Part shown: in pieces, positions 36,093 through 46,366 of the stretch
Layout: every line of letters starts with the position of its first letter
Position numbering within the stretch: the first letter of the stretch is position 1
Origin: Armatimonadota bacterium
GTDB lineage: Bacteria; Armatimonadota; SYMT01
Direction of reading: 5' to 3'
NCBI GenBank assembly: GCA_041690135.1
Contig: JAWLHY010000010.1
Coordinates: forward strand, 32,001-96,000
DNA length: 64,000 nt
Notes under the pieces: model-generated
Told to the model about the DNA's origin: nothing
The model's input: the letters and a program-made list of their open reading frames with translations, nothing else
The model's database searches: none
Translations under genes and position numbers: made by a program

Positions 36093-37004
36093 TTGGGAAA
36101 AGAGATCTCGCACGAAGCAGGCATGCACCACCTGATAGATCAGGTGGTCCCCGCCTTCGAGCCGCAAGAAGAGCCCGTATCTGCGGAGCCCACCCATCCC
36201 TACTGGCCGACCGGCGCCGATGCCGCGTTGCTGACCGCCGATGAGGAGGTCGCCCTGGCCCGTGAGATCCGGGCGGGAAATCCGGAGGCCCGGCAGCGGA
36301 TGGTCGAGTCGAACCTTCGGCTCGTCATCTCCATCGCCAAGCGGTATCGCTGTCGCGGACTTTCCTTCGAGGACCTGGTGCAGGAGGGCATTATCGGACT
36401 GATGGCGGCGATCGCCCGGTTCGATCCGGATAAGGGGTACCGCTTCAGCACCTACGCGACCCACTGGATCCGTCAGGCGATCGGACGGGCCATCGACAAC
36501 CACAGCCGGTTGATCCGCCTGCCGAGTCACGTCTCCGACTCCATGCGCAAGTTGGAGCGCTGCCGGATGCTTCTGGCCCGTCGGCTCGGACGCCAACCCA
36601 CCCTGGGTGAGCTCGCCCAGGAAACGGAGCTCCCGCTAAAGAAGATCCAGAGCCTGGTGCAATCTTGCCAGGAGCCGCTTTCGCTCGACGCAATGTTGGG
36701 CGAAGCGGAAGAAACCTCTTTGGGCGACCTTCTGCTGGATACAGGGGCGCCGGACCCGGAACTGGTCACTATCCGCAGCCGCGGAAGGGAGGCGCTGGAG
36801 GTAATGCTCAGCGTACTCCGGCCTAGGGAACGCCGCGTGATCGAAAAGCGGTTTGGCTTCGTCGACGGCCGCGTTCATTCGCTCCAGGAAGTGGGAGAGC
36901 AGATGAAGATGTCGCGGGAGGGCGTCCGCCAGATTGAAGTTCGCGCCCTTCGCAAGCTGAGAGAAGCCGCTCACCTCCAGCGCCTGGAGGATTACCCGGT
37001 CTGA
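36093..37004 (+). CDS. RNA polymerase sigma70, group 2 (RpoS/SigB-like); may start at ATG 36123
   Basis: LLTADEEVALA; SNLRLVISIAKRY; DLVQEG; KGYRFSTYATHWIRQAI; SREGVRQIEVRALRKLR; no region 1.1. Confidence 0.92.
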   Translation: MGKEISHEAGMHHLIDQVVPAFEPQEEPVSAEPTHPYWPTGADAALLTADEEVALAREIRAGNPEARQRMVESNLRLVISIAKRYRCRGLSFEDLVQEGIIGLMAAIARFDPDKGYRFSTYATHWIRQAIGRAIDNHSRLIRLPSHVSDSMRKLERCRMLLARRLGRQPTLGELAQETELPLKKIQSLVQSCQEPLSLDAMLGEAEETSLGDLLLDTGAPDPELVTIRSRGREALEVMLSVLRPRERRVIEKRFGFVDGRVHSLQEVGEQMKMSREGVRQIEVRALRKLREAAHLQRLEDYPV

Positions 37005-37029
37005 GCGGGAGAGAGTCTCCATCCTCATT

Positions 37030-37065
37030 CGGGCTGCCCTCTTCCCCAGCGGAGAGGGCAGCCCG
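37030..37065 (+). terminator. Hairpin after sigma factor gene
   Basis: cgggctgccctct...agagggcagcccg then taactttgtt. Confidence 0.6.
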
Positions 37066-37198
37066 TAACTTTGTTGCGCGTCTGTTGGCCTTTGCTTTTC
37101 CCGTAACGGATCCTCCTAGATCAGCGTTAGGGAATTCGAACCGCAAAACAGATAAACAACTCCCGGAGCTGCTGTGTTCGGTTGTCCACCGGCACGGC

Positions 37199-37705
37199 AT
37201 GATGAAACTTAACGGCCTATCCGAAGCAATTACCCATCCCGGCATGCGCTGGCTCGCCGGTAACCTGATCGTCCTGTTCGTAGGGGGCGCGATCCTTTAT
37301 GGGCGCATGCGACCGCCCAGCATGGCGGGCGCGGAATTTCATCACGCCAATCTGGCCTACGCCAATCTCCAGCGCGCCGACCTGGGCGGCGCCACGTTGC
37401 TCAATTGCGATCTGGGACGCTCCGATCTTTCTGGAGCATACCTGCGGGGGGCTAGCCTGGTTAACTCGAACCTCGCGGGGACCGATCTTCGGGGGGCCGA
37501 CCTCCGGGAAGCAGACCTCCGTGGCGTCAACCTGGATAATGCCATTCTGAACGACACGGATCTTCGGTCCGCGGTCTACGACCGCAACACTACCTGGCCC
37601 TCGGGGTTCGATCCGGAGGCCCTCGGCGCCGTTCCTGGCCCCACCGTTCCATCCCAAGCAGGGCCGTACGCATCCGTGCGCACTCGCGCCCCCCACACGT
37701 TCTAG
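37199..37705 (+). CDS. Membrane-anchored pentapeptide repeat protein
   Basis: One TM segment, then ANLAY-ANLQR-ADLGG...ADLRE-ADLRG; ends YDRNTTWPSGFDP. Confidence 0.85.
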   Translation: MMKLNGLSEAITHPGMRWLAGNLIVLFVGGAILYGRMRPPSMAGAEFHHANLAYANLQRADLGGATLLNCDLGRSDLSGAYLRGASLVNSNLAGTDLRGADLREADLRGVNLDNAILNDTDLRSAVYDRNTTWPSGFDPEALGAVPGPTVPSQAGPYASVRTRAPHTF

Positions 37706-37794
37706 CCGCCACAGCGGAATGGAGCGCAGGGGGGCCCGAAGGCCTGAACGTTTACCCCCCACAGGGGTCCAAACTCCCTTCATCCTTCCGCCTT

Positions 37795-37836
37795 CCTTAT
37801 CCTAATCGTAATCCGAATCCTAATCCACCGAAGGCC
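37795..37836. repeat. Hexamer (CCTWATC-like) tract capped by CCGAAGGCC
   Basis: ccttatcctaatcgtaatccgaatcctaatccaccgaaggcc. Confidence 0.75.
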
Positions 37837-37843
37837 CTTCCCC

Positions 37844-38737
37844 CTATTCGTCCCGCTCCACCGGCAGCTCCATCCGGGCGGTCCACTCGTTCCACGATCC
37901 GTCATAGTTGCTGAGGCGAGGATAACCCAACATGCTTAGCGCGAACAGCACGGAAGTGGCGGCTACCCCGCCGTTGCAGTAGGCGATAATCTCCCGATCC
38001 GGGCTTACTCCAGCCTCCTGGATCAGTGCTTGCAGGCGCTCTGGGGTTTCGAAGGTGCCGTCGGGCCGCATCAGGCGCTCGCGTGGGAAGTTGAGAGCGC
38101 CGGGAACTCGGCCTCCACGCGGTCCCCGGCGGATCCGTCCGGAATACTGGCCTTCGTCACGGGCATCCACCAGGCACACTTCGGGAGCCCCCAGGCGCGC
38201 CACCACCTCTTCGGCCGTCTTTCGCCAGCCTATCTGCGGCCTTGGGGTAAACGTGGCGGGCGGAAACTCGGGAACTTCCGCAGTCAGGAGACGCCCCTCC
38301 GCCTGCCACCTCCGCAGTCCGCCATTGAGGACGCGGCAGTTCTCGTGCCCGTAGTAGCGCAGCACCCACCACAGGCGAGTCGCAAACTGACCGGACGGAT
38401 GATCGTCGTAGGCGACCACCAGGTGCTCGTCACCGATGCCGCGCTCGCCCAGCACGCGCGCGAGCTTCTCCGGAGGCGCCACCTGCGCGGGTACCGGATC
38501 GTGCTCGTCTATCAGGTCACTGGTCCAGTCCAGGTAGATGGCGGCGGGAATGTGGCCCACCGCATACGCTTCCGGGCGTCCCTGGTATTGGGCCGTCTGG
38601 AATCCGGTATCGTCGGTCTCGGTGGCCACCTGACCCCGCATATCCACAATCCGCAGATTCGGGTCGGACAGGTGCGCCTCGAGCCAGTCGGTCTCGACCA
38701 GGTGTTCGGCGCGCAGTTTCAGCAAGTCCGGCGACAT
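37844..38737 (-). CDS. Tandem-domain rhodanese / sulfurtransferase (SseA family)
   Basis: GHIPAA; ATRLWWVLRYYG; LVDAR; YCNGGVAAT; YDGSWNEW. Confidence 0.93.
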   Translation of the reverse strand: MSPDLLKLRAEHLVETDWLEAHLSDPNLRIVDMRGQVATETDDTGFQTAQYQGRPEAYAVGHIPAAIYLDWTSDLIDEHDPVPAQVAPPEKLARVLGERGIGDEHLVVAYDDHPSGQFATRLWWVLRYYGHENCRVLNGGLRRWQAEGRLLTAEVPEFPPATFTPRPQIGWRKTAEEVVARLGAPEVCLVDARDEGQYSGRIRRGPRGGRVPGALNFPRERLMRPDGTFETPERLQALIQEAGVSPDREIIAYCNGGVAATSVLFALSMLGYPRLSNYDGSWNEWTARMELPVERDE

Positions 38738-38904
38738 GGATACTCTCCTTCTCGCATTCGTTCCGTGGGATAGGTTCTAGGCTCCGGCTGGGTAATCTAA
38801 CGAAAGTGATCCCGGCGCACGGGAGTTTTCGTCCGGGATGAGACGAATTCCCTCCGGAGCGATCGGCAATGGGGATACAGTACTGAGGAGAGGATGCCGC
38901 AAAG

Positions 38905-40929
38905 ATGACCCTGGCTGCCACACGACCCCTAACCGAACTGTTCCCCTTCCCCCTGGACGACTTTCAGGTGGATGCGATCCACCGGATCGAGGAGGGGCAC
39001 AGCGTACTGGTCTGCGCCCCCACCGGCGCCGGCAAGACCGTCATAGCCGAGTACGCGATCCACAAGGCGCTGGGTGAGGGCCGCCGGGTCTTCTATACCA
39101 CACCCCTGAAGGCACTCTCCAACCAGAAGTTTCGCGACCTGGGCGCCGCCCTGGGTGAACACCGGGTCGGCCTGCTGACCGGCGATGTCAGCGTCAACCG
39201 GGAAGCCGACGTGGTGGTGATGACCACGGAAGTCTTCCGCAATATGCTGTACGGCACCACGCTGGGTGCGGTGGAGACCAACCTGCGGAACGTCGGATTC
39301 GTGATCCTGGACGAAGTCCACTACATGAACGACGAACAACGGGGCACCGTTTGGGAAGAATCGATCATCTACTGCCCCCCTTCGATCCAGCTGGTGGCCC
39401 TATCCGCGACGGTGGCGAACGCGGTCGACCTCGCCGCCTGGATGAACCAGGTCCACGGCGACACGACCCTGATCTCCACCGACTTCCGGCCCGTGCCGCT
39501 GCGCTTCCACTACTTCGATGGGCGCAACCTGGTGCATCTCCTCCGGCGCACCGCGTCCACGGGCGATCACAAACAGCGGGTGGACCCGAACACCGGCCGT
39601 AAGTTGCGCAAGTGGGAGATGATGCCCGAACCGGACGCCCTGGTGGACATCCTGGCCGAGAAAGAGATGCTCCCGGCGATCTACTTCGTCTTCAGTCGCA
39701 AGGGCTGCGATTCAGCGATGCTCGGGTGCGCCCACCTACAGCTGCTGAAAGAAGAAGAGATCAACCGGATGGAGTCCATGCTCGAGGACCACGTGCGGAA
39801 CTACCCCTCGGTGGCCGACCATCCGCACCTGCCTTACCTGTTCCGTGGGTTGGCGGTGCACCATGCCGGCCTACTGCCCACCTGGAAGGTGCTGGTGGAG
39901 CGCCTGTTCCAGGCCAACCTAATTAAAGTGGTATTTGCGACGGAAACGCTGGCCGCGGGCATCAACATGCCGGCACGGACGACGGTCCTCTCCAGCATCA
40001 CCAAGCGGAGCGATCAGGGGCACAGGCCCCTTACTGCAAGTGAGTTCCTGCAGATGTCGGGGCGTGCCGGGCGACGGGGGATGGATAAGGTCGGGCACGT
40101 CGCAGTAGTGGCCAGCCCGTACCAGACGGTGGCAGAGGCGCAGGCCCTGGCGCAGGCCCCGCCGGACCCCCTGGGGAGCCGCTTTACTCCCACCTATGGC
40201 ATGGTGCTGAATCTGCTGCAGCGGCACACCCTGGAAGAGGCGCAGTTCCTCATCTCGCGCAGTTTCGGCGAGTTCCTGGAGGAGAAGCGCCGCCGGCGCC
40301 CCGGGCGTCGCAAGGGCAAGGAGCGTCGGGAGAAGGGCCAGGAGGCCCCGCAAGAGGCGGTTAACTGGCAGCGGTTCCTGCGCCTCCGGGACGTGCTTCA
40401 GCACTTCGGCTACATGGAGCGGGACCACCCCACCCCCCACGGCGTGACGGCGGCGGCCCTGCGCGCCGAGCATGAACTGCTGGTGGCGGAGGCGCTCTTC
40501 TCGGGCGCCATGGACGACCTCACCGCTCCGCAGTTCGCGGCTGTAACCACGGCCCTCGTAGCGGAAGAGCTCCGGCCCACGGCCTGGATCAAGGCGGGGC
40601 CGGACCAGCGGGCCTGCAGCGCCCTGAAGCAAATTGTCCGCACGGCGCGCGAGATCCGCATCATCCAGAACCGGCACCGGCTCGACCTGCCCACCCGCAT
40701 CCATTCCGACTGCTCCGGCCTCACTCAACTCTGGGCGGAAGACGCGGATTGGGATTATCTGATGGGCTTCACTAACCTGGACGAGGGGGATGTGGTGCGG
40801 ATCCTCCGGCGGACAGTCGACCTTCTGGAGCAGATCCAACACGCCCCCATGCTCGATGACGCCCTCCGAAACCGCGCCCGCGAAGCCATCGCGGCCATGG
40901 ACCGGGAACCGGTAAGGGAAGTCATGTAG
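38905..40929 (+). CDS. Ski2-like SF2 RNA helicase (HelY family, DSHCT domain)
   Basis: APTGAGKT; TPLKALSNQK; DEVH; SAT; ATETLAAGINMPART; QMSGRAGRRG; DEGDVVRILRRTVDLL. Confidence 0.93.
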   Translation: MTLAATRPLTELFPFPLDDFQVDAIHRIEEGHSVLVCAPTGAGKTVIAEYAIHKALGEGRRVFYTTPLKALSNQKFRDLGAALGEHRVGLLTGDVSVNREADVVVMTTEVFRNMLYGTTLGAVETNLRNVGFVILDEVHYMNDEQRGTVWEESIIYCPPSIQLVALSATVANAVDLAAWMNQVHGDTTLISTDFRPVPLRFHYFDGRNLVHLLRRTASTGDHKQRVDPNTGRKLRKWEMMPEPDALVDILAEKEMLPAIYFVFSRKGCDSAMLGCAHLQLLKEEEINRMESMLEDHVRNYPSVADHPHLPYLFRGLAVHHAGLLPTWKVLVERLFQANLIKVVFATETLAAGINMPARTTVLSSITKRSDQGHRPLTASEFLQMSGRAGRRGMDKVGHVAVVASPYQTVAEAQALAQAPPDPLGSRFTPTYGMVLNLLQRHTLEEAQFLISRSFGEFLEEKRRRRPGRRKGKERREKGQEAPQEAVNWQRFLRLRDVLQHFGYMERDHPTPHGVTAAALRAEHELLVAEALFSGAMDDLTAPQFAAVTTALVAEELRPTAWIKAGPDQRACSALKQIVRTAREIRIIQNRHRLDLPTRIHSDCSGLTQLWAEDADWDYLMGFTNLDEGDVVRILRRTVDLLEQIQHAPMLDDALRNRAREAIAAMDREPVREVM

Positions 40930-41053
40930 GCCTTCGGCCGATAAGGATAAGGATAAAGAGGGGCGGCGAGGGCATCTGGGGTCTGGCGCACTTGCCGTCA
41001 GGCCCGCCAGTCCTTCACACTGTTTTCTTCCTTCTTTATCTTTATCCTTATCC
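40929..41053. repeat. Inverted pair of hexamer tracts forming a long hairpin after the helicase gene
   Basis: ggccttcggccgataaggataaggataaagag ... tctttatctttatccttatcc. Confidence 0.8.
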
Positions 41054-41144
41054 ACCACAGGTCCCGGAAGTCTTTTTTGAACCTGGTGCTGGGGGGCGCC
41101 GTCTATGGGTGCAGATCCCTTTTTTGATAAGGAGCACCCCGAAG

Positions 41145-41540
41145 ATGAATCGCTGGCTCACCTCTCTCACCGCCGTGCTGGCGCTTGCTATTGCCACCCC
41201 CGCCGTTGTCGGCACCGTCAGCCCCGCCTACGCCCAGGGCGCTGCTGCCAAGGGTAAGGGGAAGGGCAAGAACGGCGGCCCCATCAAGAAGCTGGAAACC
41301 ACCCTGGCGAGCCTCAACCTCACCGCCGAGCAGAAGCCGAAGGTCGATGATGCCCTGAACGCCTTCAAGGCGGAAGCGAAGAAGATCGCGGATGCCGGCG
41401 GCACTCCCCAGGAGAACCGCCAGAAGATGCGGCCGGTACGGCAGAGCCTGATGAAGAAGCTGGGCGGCATCCTCACCCCCGAGCAGATGACGAAGCTGAA
41501 AGAAGCCACGGCTCGCAAGAAGAAGCCCGCTGCCCAGTAG
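41145..41540 (+). CDS. Basic periplasmic Spy/CpxP-like (LTxxQ) protein
   Basis: SD aaggag; signal peptide ending AYA; LNLTAEQK and ILTPEQM. Confidence 0.8.
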   Translation: MNRWLTSLTAVLALAIATPAVVGTVSPAYAQGAAAKGKGKGKNGGPIKKLETTLASLNLTAEQKPKVDDALNAFKAEAKKIADAGGTPQENRQKMRPVRQSLMKKLGGILTPEQMTKLKEATARKKKPAAQ

Positions 41541-41570
41541 GCGCCGAGCTCTCCTTCTCTACTTGCAAAT

Positions 41571-41600
41571 AGCGGGCCCGCGGTTTCCCGCGAGCCCGCT
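41571..41600. terminator. Hairpin between convergent genes
   Basis: agcgggcccgcgg...ccgcgagcccgct. Confidence 0.55.
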
Positions 41601-41626
41601 GTCTCTGTGCCAGATGGAAGCGGCGT

Positions 41627-42262
41627 TCAGCGAACGTGGACGCGGCGACCCTCGATCCGAAGCCGCTCCTCCGCGAAAAGGCGCACGGCCTCCGGATAGG
41701 CGCGATGTTCCTCCTCCAGTACGCGGGCGGCCACTGTGTCGACGGTATCGTCTTCCAATACCGGAACCGTGCGCTGGAGAATGATCGACCCCTGGTCGTA
41801 CTTGTCGTCTACGAAAAAGACCGTTACACCGGTGTACTTGACCCCGGTCTCGATCACGGCCTCGTGGACATGGCGGCCGAAGTAACCCTTCCCCCCGAAG
41901 GCGGGGAGCAGCGAGGGGTGGACGTTCATAACTCGGCCGGCATAGCGAGAGAGGAAGACCGGCCCAAGCAGGCGCATGTACCCGGCCAGGCAGATCAACT
42001 CGACTTCCGCCTCCTCGAAGCTCCGAACCAGGGCTGCATCAAGCGAGTCTTGATCCGGGTAGTCCTGTGCGGGAATCAGCCGGGTCGGCACTCCGGCGGC
42101 TTCCGCACGCTCTAGAGCCGGCGCGCCGGGAGAGGTGCTGACAACCAGTGCCACCGTACCCGGGATGCGGCCATCCCGGGTGGCGTCGATCAGCGCCTGC
42201 ATGTTGCTCCCCCGCCCTTTGCCGGACAGTAGGATACCGAAGCGGAGGTGGCGGTCAGACAT
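41627..42262 (-). CDS. purN: Phosphoribosylglycinamide formyltransferase
   Basis: GRGSNMQAL; LAGYMRLL; NVHPSLLPAFGG; TGVTV..VD..YDQG. Confidence 0.96.
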   Translation of the reverse strand: MSDRHLRFGILLSGKGRGSNMQALIDATRDGRIPGTVALVVSTSPGAPALERAEAAGVPTRLIPAQDYPDQDSLDAALVRSFEEAEVELICLAGYMRLLGPVFLSRYAGRVMNVHPSLLPAFGGKGYFGRHVHEAVIETGVKYTGVTVFFVDDKYDQGSIILQRTVPVLEDDTVDTVAARVLEEEHRAYPEAVRLFAEERLRIEGRRVHVR

Positions 42263-43752
42263 CAGACCAGCGTGGGCTCCTTCGGTTTCAGCTCTTCGAG
42301 CGAGAACTTGCTGACGCGGAGGTCCTGCGGGACCTCGATCGGATAATCGCCCGTGAAGCAGGCGTGGCAGAACTTGTCCCGCGACATGCCGATCGCCCGG
42401 GTCAACCCTTTCACGCTGAGGTATCCGAGGCTATCCGCGCCGATGTGCTGCCGGATCTCCTCGATCGTCCGCTTGGCCGCGATCAGGTCTTTGCGGTCCG
42501 CCATGTCGATCCCGTAAAAGCAAGGCCACTTGACCGGCGGCGAGCTGATACGGACGTGGACCTGCGTGGCCCCCGCCTCGCGGATCAGCTTCACGATCTG
42601 GCCGGTGGTGGTGCCCCGCACGATCGAGTCGTCCACCATGACCACGCGGCGGCCCGCCAGGGTCTCGCGAAGCGGGCTCAGCTTCATGCGCACCCCGAGT
42701 TCGCGCATCCGCTGGTCCGGCTCGATGAACGTCCGTCCGATGTAGCGGTTCTTGATAAGCCCCTCACCGAACGGAATCCCGCTCGCCTCGCTGTAACCAA
42801 TGGCGGCGGGGAACCCGGTATCGGGCACAGGGATGACCACATGCGCATCGACAGGATACTCGGCCGCCAGCTCCTGCCCCATCCGGCGGCGGGCGGCGTG
42901 CAGGGAACGTCCGTAGATCATGCTGTCCGGGCGGGCCAGGTAGATGAACTCGAACACGCACATCGCCGGCCGCTCGGGAAAGAGGGCCGGGTGATTGGTG
43001 GTTCCCTCGTGATCGATCACCACCAGCTCGCCCGGCTCGATCTCCCTCATGAACCGGGCGCCGATCACGTTCAGCGCACACGTCTCCGAAGAGACGACCG
43101 TGCCCTTACCATTGAGTGAGGCGAGGCAGAGCGGCCGGATTCCGTTCGGGTCGCGGAAGGCCAGGAGCTTATCCGGGGTCATGACGACTACGGAATAGGC
43201 GCCTTCCACGCACGCCATGGTCTCCTGGACGGCGCGGACGATATCGCCCCGATGCAGGCTGCCGATGCAGCGGGCAATCACCTCGCTGTCGTTAGTCGAT
43301 TCGAAGCGAATGCCGTCTGCCTCCAGCTCCTGCCGGAGTTGGCGGGTATTGACGATGTTGCCGTTGTGCGCGACCGCGATGGGGCCGTACGCGGTTTCCA
43401 CCAGGATCGGTTGAGCATTACAGAGAATGCTCGAACCCGTAGTGGAGTAACGCGTGTGCCCTATGCCGATGTGTCCGCCGCGCAGGTCCGTCAGGCTCTC
43501 CTCGGTGAAGACCTGGCTGACCAGCCCCATTTCCTTATGGACGCGGATCCGCTCTCCATCGGAGACGGCGATACCCGCACTCTCCTGCCCCCGGTGCTGC
43601 AGCGCGTAAAGACCGAAGTAGGTCAAACGCGCCACCTCGCTCCCGGGAGCGAAGATCCCGAAAACCCCGCATTCGTCGTGAGGACGGTCCAGATCGGGGT
43701 CGAAATGAGCCAGGCTCAGGGTTCCATCACTGCCGGGATAGTCCGCTGCCAT
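42262..43752 (-). CDS. purF: Amidophosphoribosyltransferase
   Basis: ECGVFG; QHRGQESAG; GHTRYST; VDDSIVRGTT; Fe-S cysteines CHAC. Confidence 0.97.
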   Translation of the reverse strand: MAADYPGSDGTLSLAHFDPDLDRPHDECGVFGIFAPGSEVARLTYFGLYALQHRGQESAGIAVSDGERIRVHKEMGLVSQVFTEESLTDLRGGHIGIGHTRYSTTGSSILCNAQPILVETAYGPIAVAHNGNIVNTRQLRQELEADGIRFESTNDSEVIARCIGSLHRGDIVRAVQETMACVEGAYSVVVMTPDKLLAFRDPNGIRPLCLASLNGKGTVVSSETCALNVIGARFMREIEPGELVVIDHEGTTNHPALFPERPAMCVFEFIYLARPDSMIYGRSLHAARRRMGQELAAEYPVDAHVVIPVPDTGFPAAIGYSEASGIPFGEGLIKNRYIGRTFIEPDQRMRELGVRMKLSPLRETLAGRRVVMVDDSIVRGTTTGQIVKLIREAGATQVHVRISSPPVKWPCFYGIDMADRKDLIAAKRTIEEIRQHIGADSLGYLSVKGLTRAIGMSRDKFCHACFTGDYPIEVPQDLRVSKFSLEELKPKEPTLV

Positions 43753-45956
43753 GTGGCCTCCAGGTCATCCACGGGGACATCCAACGCCCCTCGGACGATA
43801 AGCCGGTCGCCGCCGACCTCACCGAGGTCGATAAACGGCACACCCGCCGTTTCCAGTTGCTGTCGTACAGCGGCGAGGTGCTCGCTCGCGATGGAAACCA
43901 CCACGCGCGAGGGCGCCTCGCCGAACAGATACTCCGCCGTAACGGCGCCGGCCGGCTGCAGCTCGGCGCCGAGGCGTCCCGCAATGCAGGACTCGGCGAT
44001 CGTTGTGATCAGGCCACCTTCGGAACAGTCGTGCGCGGACTGCAAGAGCCCCTGGCGTACCAGGGAACGGACCGCGCGCTGGACGGAGAGCTCCTGCTCC
44101 ACATCCAGCAGGGCCGGACGCCCGACTTCCAGGCCGTGCTCGACCGCCAGAAATTCGCTTGCGCCCAGGCCACCCACCGGAGCCGGATTGCCGATCAGCC
44201 AGATCCGGTCGCCGGCCTGCTGGAATGCAAGAGAACCGCGGCGTTCCACGTCCTCCAGCACTCCCAGCATTCCGATGATCGGGGTCGGGTGAATCGGGCC
44301 CTCCGGGCTTTCATTGTAAAGAGAGACGTTGCCACTGACAACGGCGACGTCGAACTGCTGGCATGCATCGGCAATGCCCCGCACCGCTTCGCGGAACTGG
44401 TAGTACCGGTCCGCCTTGTCCGGGTTGCCGAAGTTGAGGCCGTCCGTGACGATCCGCGGCTCGGCGCCGACACAGGCGAGGTTCCGCGCCGCTTCCGCGA
44501 TGCAGAGGCGAGCGCCTTCATACGGATCCAGGTAAACCTGGCGATCGTTGCCGTCCAGCGTGAGGGCGATGCCGATCGGCGGCGCTTCCTTGATCCGGAG
44601 CACCGCGGCGTCTCCGCCCGGCCCCTCGACCGTGTTGGCCTGAACCATGTGGTCGTACTGCTCCCACACCCAGCGCTTGCTGCAGACGTTGGGAGAAGCC
44701 AGCACTTTCAGCAGGGCCTGCCCGTAATCCGCCGGTTCCGGCAGGGCCGCCAGATCGAAGGACCACGCCTCATCCAGGTAAGCGGGCCGCTCGTAAGGGA
44801 GGTCGTAGCGGGGCGGCTCCGTCAGGAAGTCCGCGGGGAGTTTCGCCACCTCGTGACCACCGTCCAGCACCGTCAGGATCCCGTCGTCGGTCACCTCGCC
44901 GATGACCACGGCGTTCACATCCCACTTGGCGAAGATGTCGATCAGGTCCTGTTCGTTGCCCTTCTGCGCGACGAGGAGCATGCGCTCCTGCGACTCGCTC
45001 ATCAGGACCTCGTAAGGCTCCATCCCCGCTTCGCGGCGCGGGATCAGTTGGAGGTCGACCCGCATCCCCACCCCACCGGCGGCGGCCATTTCGGAGGTGG
45101 TGCAGGTGACCCCGGCGGCGCCCATGTCCTTCATACCGACCACGTACCCGGACTGGGCCGCTTCGAGACAGGCCTCGATCAGCCGCTTCTCGGTGAACGG
45201 GTCGCCGATCTGGACCGTGGGGCGCTTCTCATCGCCCTCGCCGAACTCGTGGCTGGCCAGCACGCTGCATCCGCCGATGCCGTCCCGGCCCGTGCGGCTT
45301 CCGGCGTAGAGGACGGGGTTACCGGCGCCCTTGGCCGCGGAAGAGAGCAACTGCTGTGTCGGCGCGACGCCCACCGCCATGGCGTTCACCAGGCAGTTGC
45401 CGGTGTAGCTGTCGCTGAAACGGACCTCGCCCACCACGGTTGGCACGCCGATGGAGTTGCCGTACCCGCCGATACCGTGGACCACGCCGCGCAGCAGGTA
45501 GCGGGTATACGGGTCGGAGAGTGGCCCGAACCGCAGGGAGTTGCCCGAGGCGATAGGTCGCGCGCCGCAGGTAAAGATGTCGCGGACAATACCTCCCACC
45601 CCGGTGGCGGCGCCCTGGTAGGGCTCCACCTGCGAGGGATGGTTGTGGCTCTCCACCTTCATCACCACGGCCAGGTCGGGCGTCAGGTAAAAGCCGCCGC
45701 TGTCGGCTCCGACCAGCACCTCGGCCTGGGTGCTGGTCTTTGGCAGCATCCGCAGGACGTTTCGGCTCTTGGGGTAACCGCAGTGCTCGCACCACTCCAC
45801 CGAGAACATGGCGATCTCGGTGAGGGTGGGCTGTCGCCCCAGACCCTCCAGGATGCGCTCGTACTCGTAGGGCGTGAGGCCCCAGTCGTACGCCGCCTGG
45901 CGGAGCTGCTCGGGAGTGAGATTCTCCCCGGATCTCGTAGGCGTTTCCACAGCCAT
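43716..45956 (-). CDS. purL: FGAM synthase subunit PurL
   Basis: WCEHCGY; ESHNHPS; DMGAAG; SESQERM; SGNVSLYN. Confidence 0.97.
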   Translation of the reverse strand: MAVETPTRSGENLTPEQLRQAAYDWGLTPYEYERILEGLGRQPTLTEIAMFSVEWCEHCGYPKSRNVLRMLPKTSTQAEVLVGADSGGFYLTPDLAVVMKVESHNHPSQVEPYQGAATGVGGIVRDIFTCGARPIASGNSLRFGPLSDPYTRYLLRGVVHGIGGYGNSIGVPTVVGEVRFSDSYTGNCLVNAMAVGVAPTQQLLSSAAKGAGNPVLYAGSRTGRDGIGGCSVLASHEFGEGDEKRPTVQIGDPFTEKRLIEACLEAAQSGYVVGMKDMGAAGVTCTTSEMAAAGGVGMRVDLQLIPRREAGMEPYEVLMSESQERMLLVAQKGNEQDLIDIFAKWDVNAVVIGEVTDDGILTVLDGGHEVAKLPADFLTEPPRYDLPYERPAYLDEAWSFDLAALPEPADYGQALLKVLASPNVCSKRWVWEQYDHMVQANTVEGPGGDAAVLRIKEAPPIGIALTLDGNDRQVYLDPYEGARLCIAEAARNLACVGAEPRIVTDGLNFGNPDKADRYYQFREAVRGIADACQQFDVAVVSGNVSLYNESPEGPIHPTPIIGMLGVLEDVERRGSLAFQQAGDRIWLIGNPAPVGGLGASEFLAVEHGLEVGRPALLDVEQELSVQRAVRSLVRQGLLQSAHDCSEGGLITTIAESCIAGRLGAELQPAGAVTAEYLFGEAPSRVVVSIASEHLAAVRQQLETAGVPFIDLGEVGGDRLIVRGALDVPVDDLEATWQRTIPAVMEP

Positions 45957-46366
45957 CAGTTCATCGTCCAGTCTTCGAGTGCAAGCCCCAACGGCTGGAA
46001 AACCTGAAAGTGTCGCGTGTTGTTGGTAAGTACCACTAACTGTAGTTCCAAAGCTTGAGCGGCAATCAAGAGGTCCGAATCCTCTATCGGCTCTCCCCGG
46101 TCTCGGGTGAATGCCCAGATCTCCGCTGCTTTACGCCACGTCGCAAGCGTCGTATCCCGATACCGGAAACGCTCCACGGCGGCTTCGTAAGCGTCTGACG
46201 TTCGCTTTGCCCGGCGACGGATCAATCCCCGCCGGATCTCATAATCGACCACGGGATTCAAAACAAATTGGTGGTGCACCCGGCGAGCCTCTCGAAACCG
46301 TTTTACGACACCGGCATCTCCACGCAACAGCAAGGAGAGCGTATTCGTATCCGGCAGGTAGTTCAC
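45956..46366 (-). CDS. VapC-family PIN toxin
   Basis: YLPDTNTLS; VDYEIRRG; DSDLLIAAQA; LTNNTRHF; EDW. Confidence 0.92.
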   Translation of the reverse strand: MNYLPDTNTLSLLLRGDAGVVKRFREARRVHHQFVLNPVVDYEIRRGLIRRRAKRTSDAYEAAVERFRYRDTTLATWRKAAEIWAFTRDRGEPIEDSDLLIAAQALELQLVVLTNNTRHFQVFQPLGLALEDWTMN

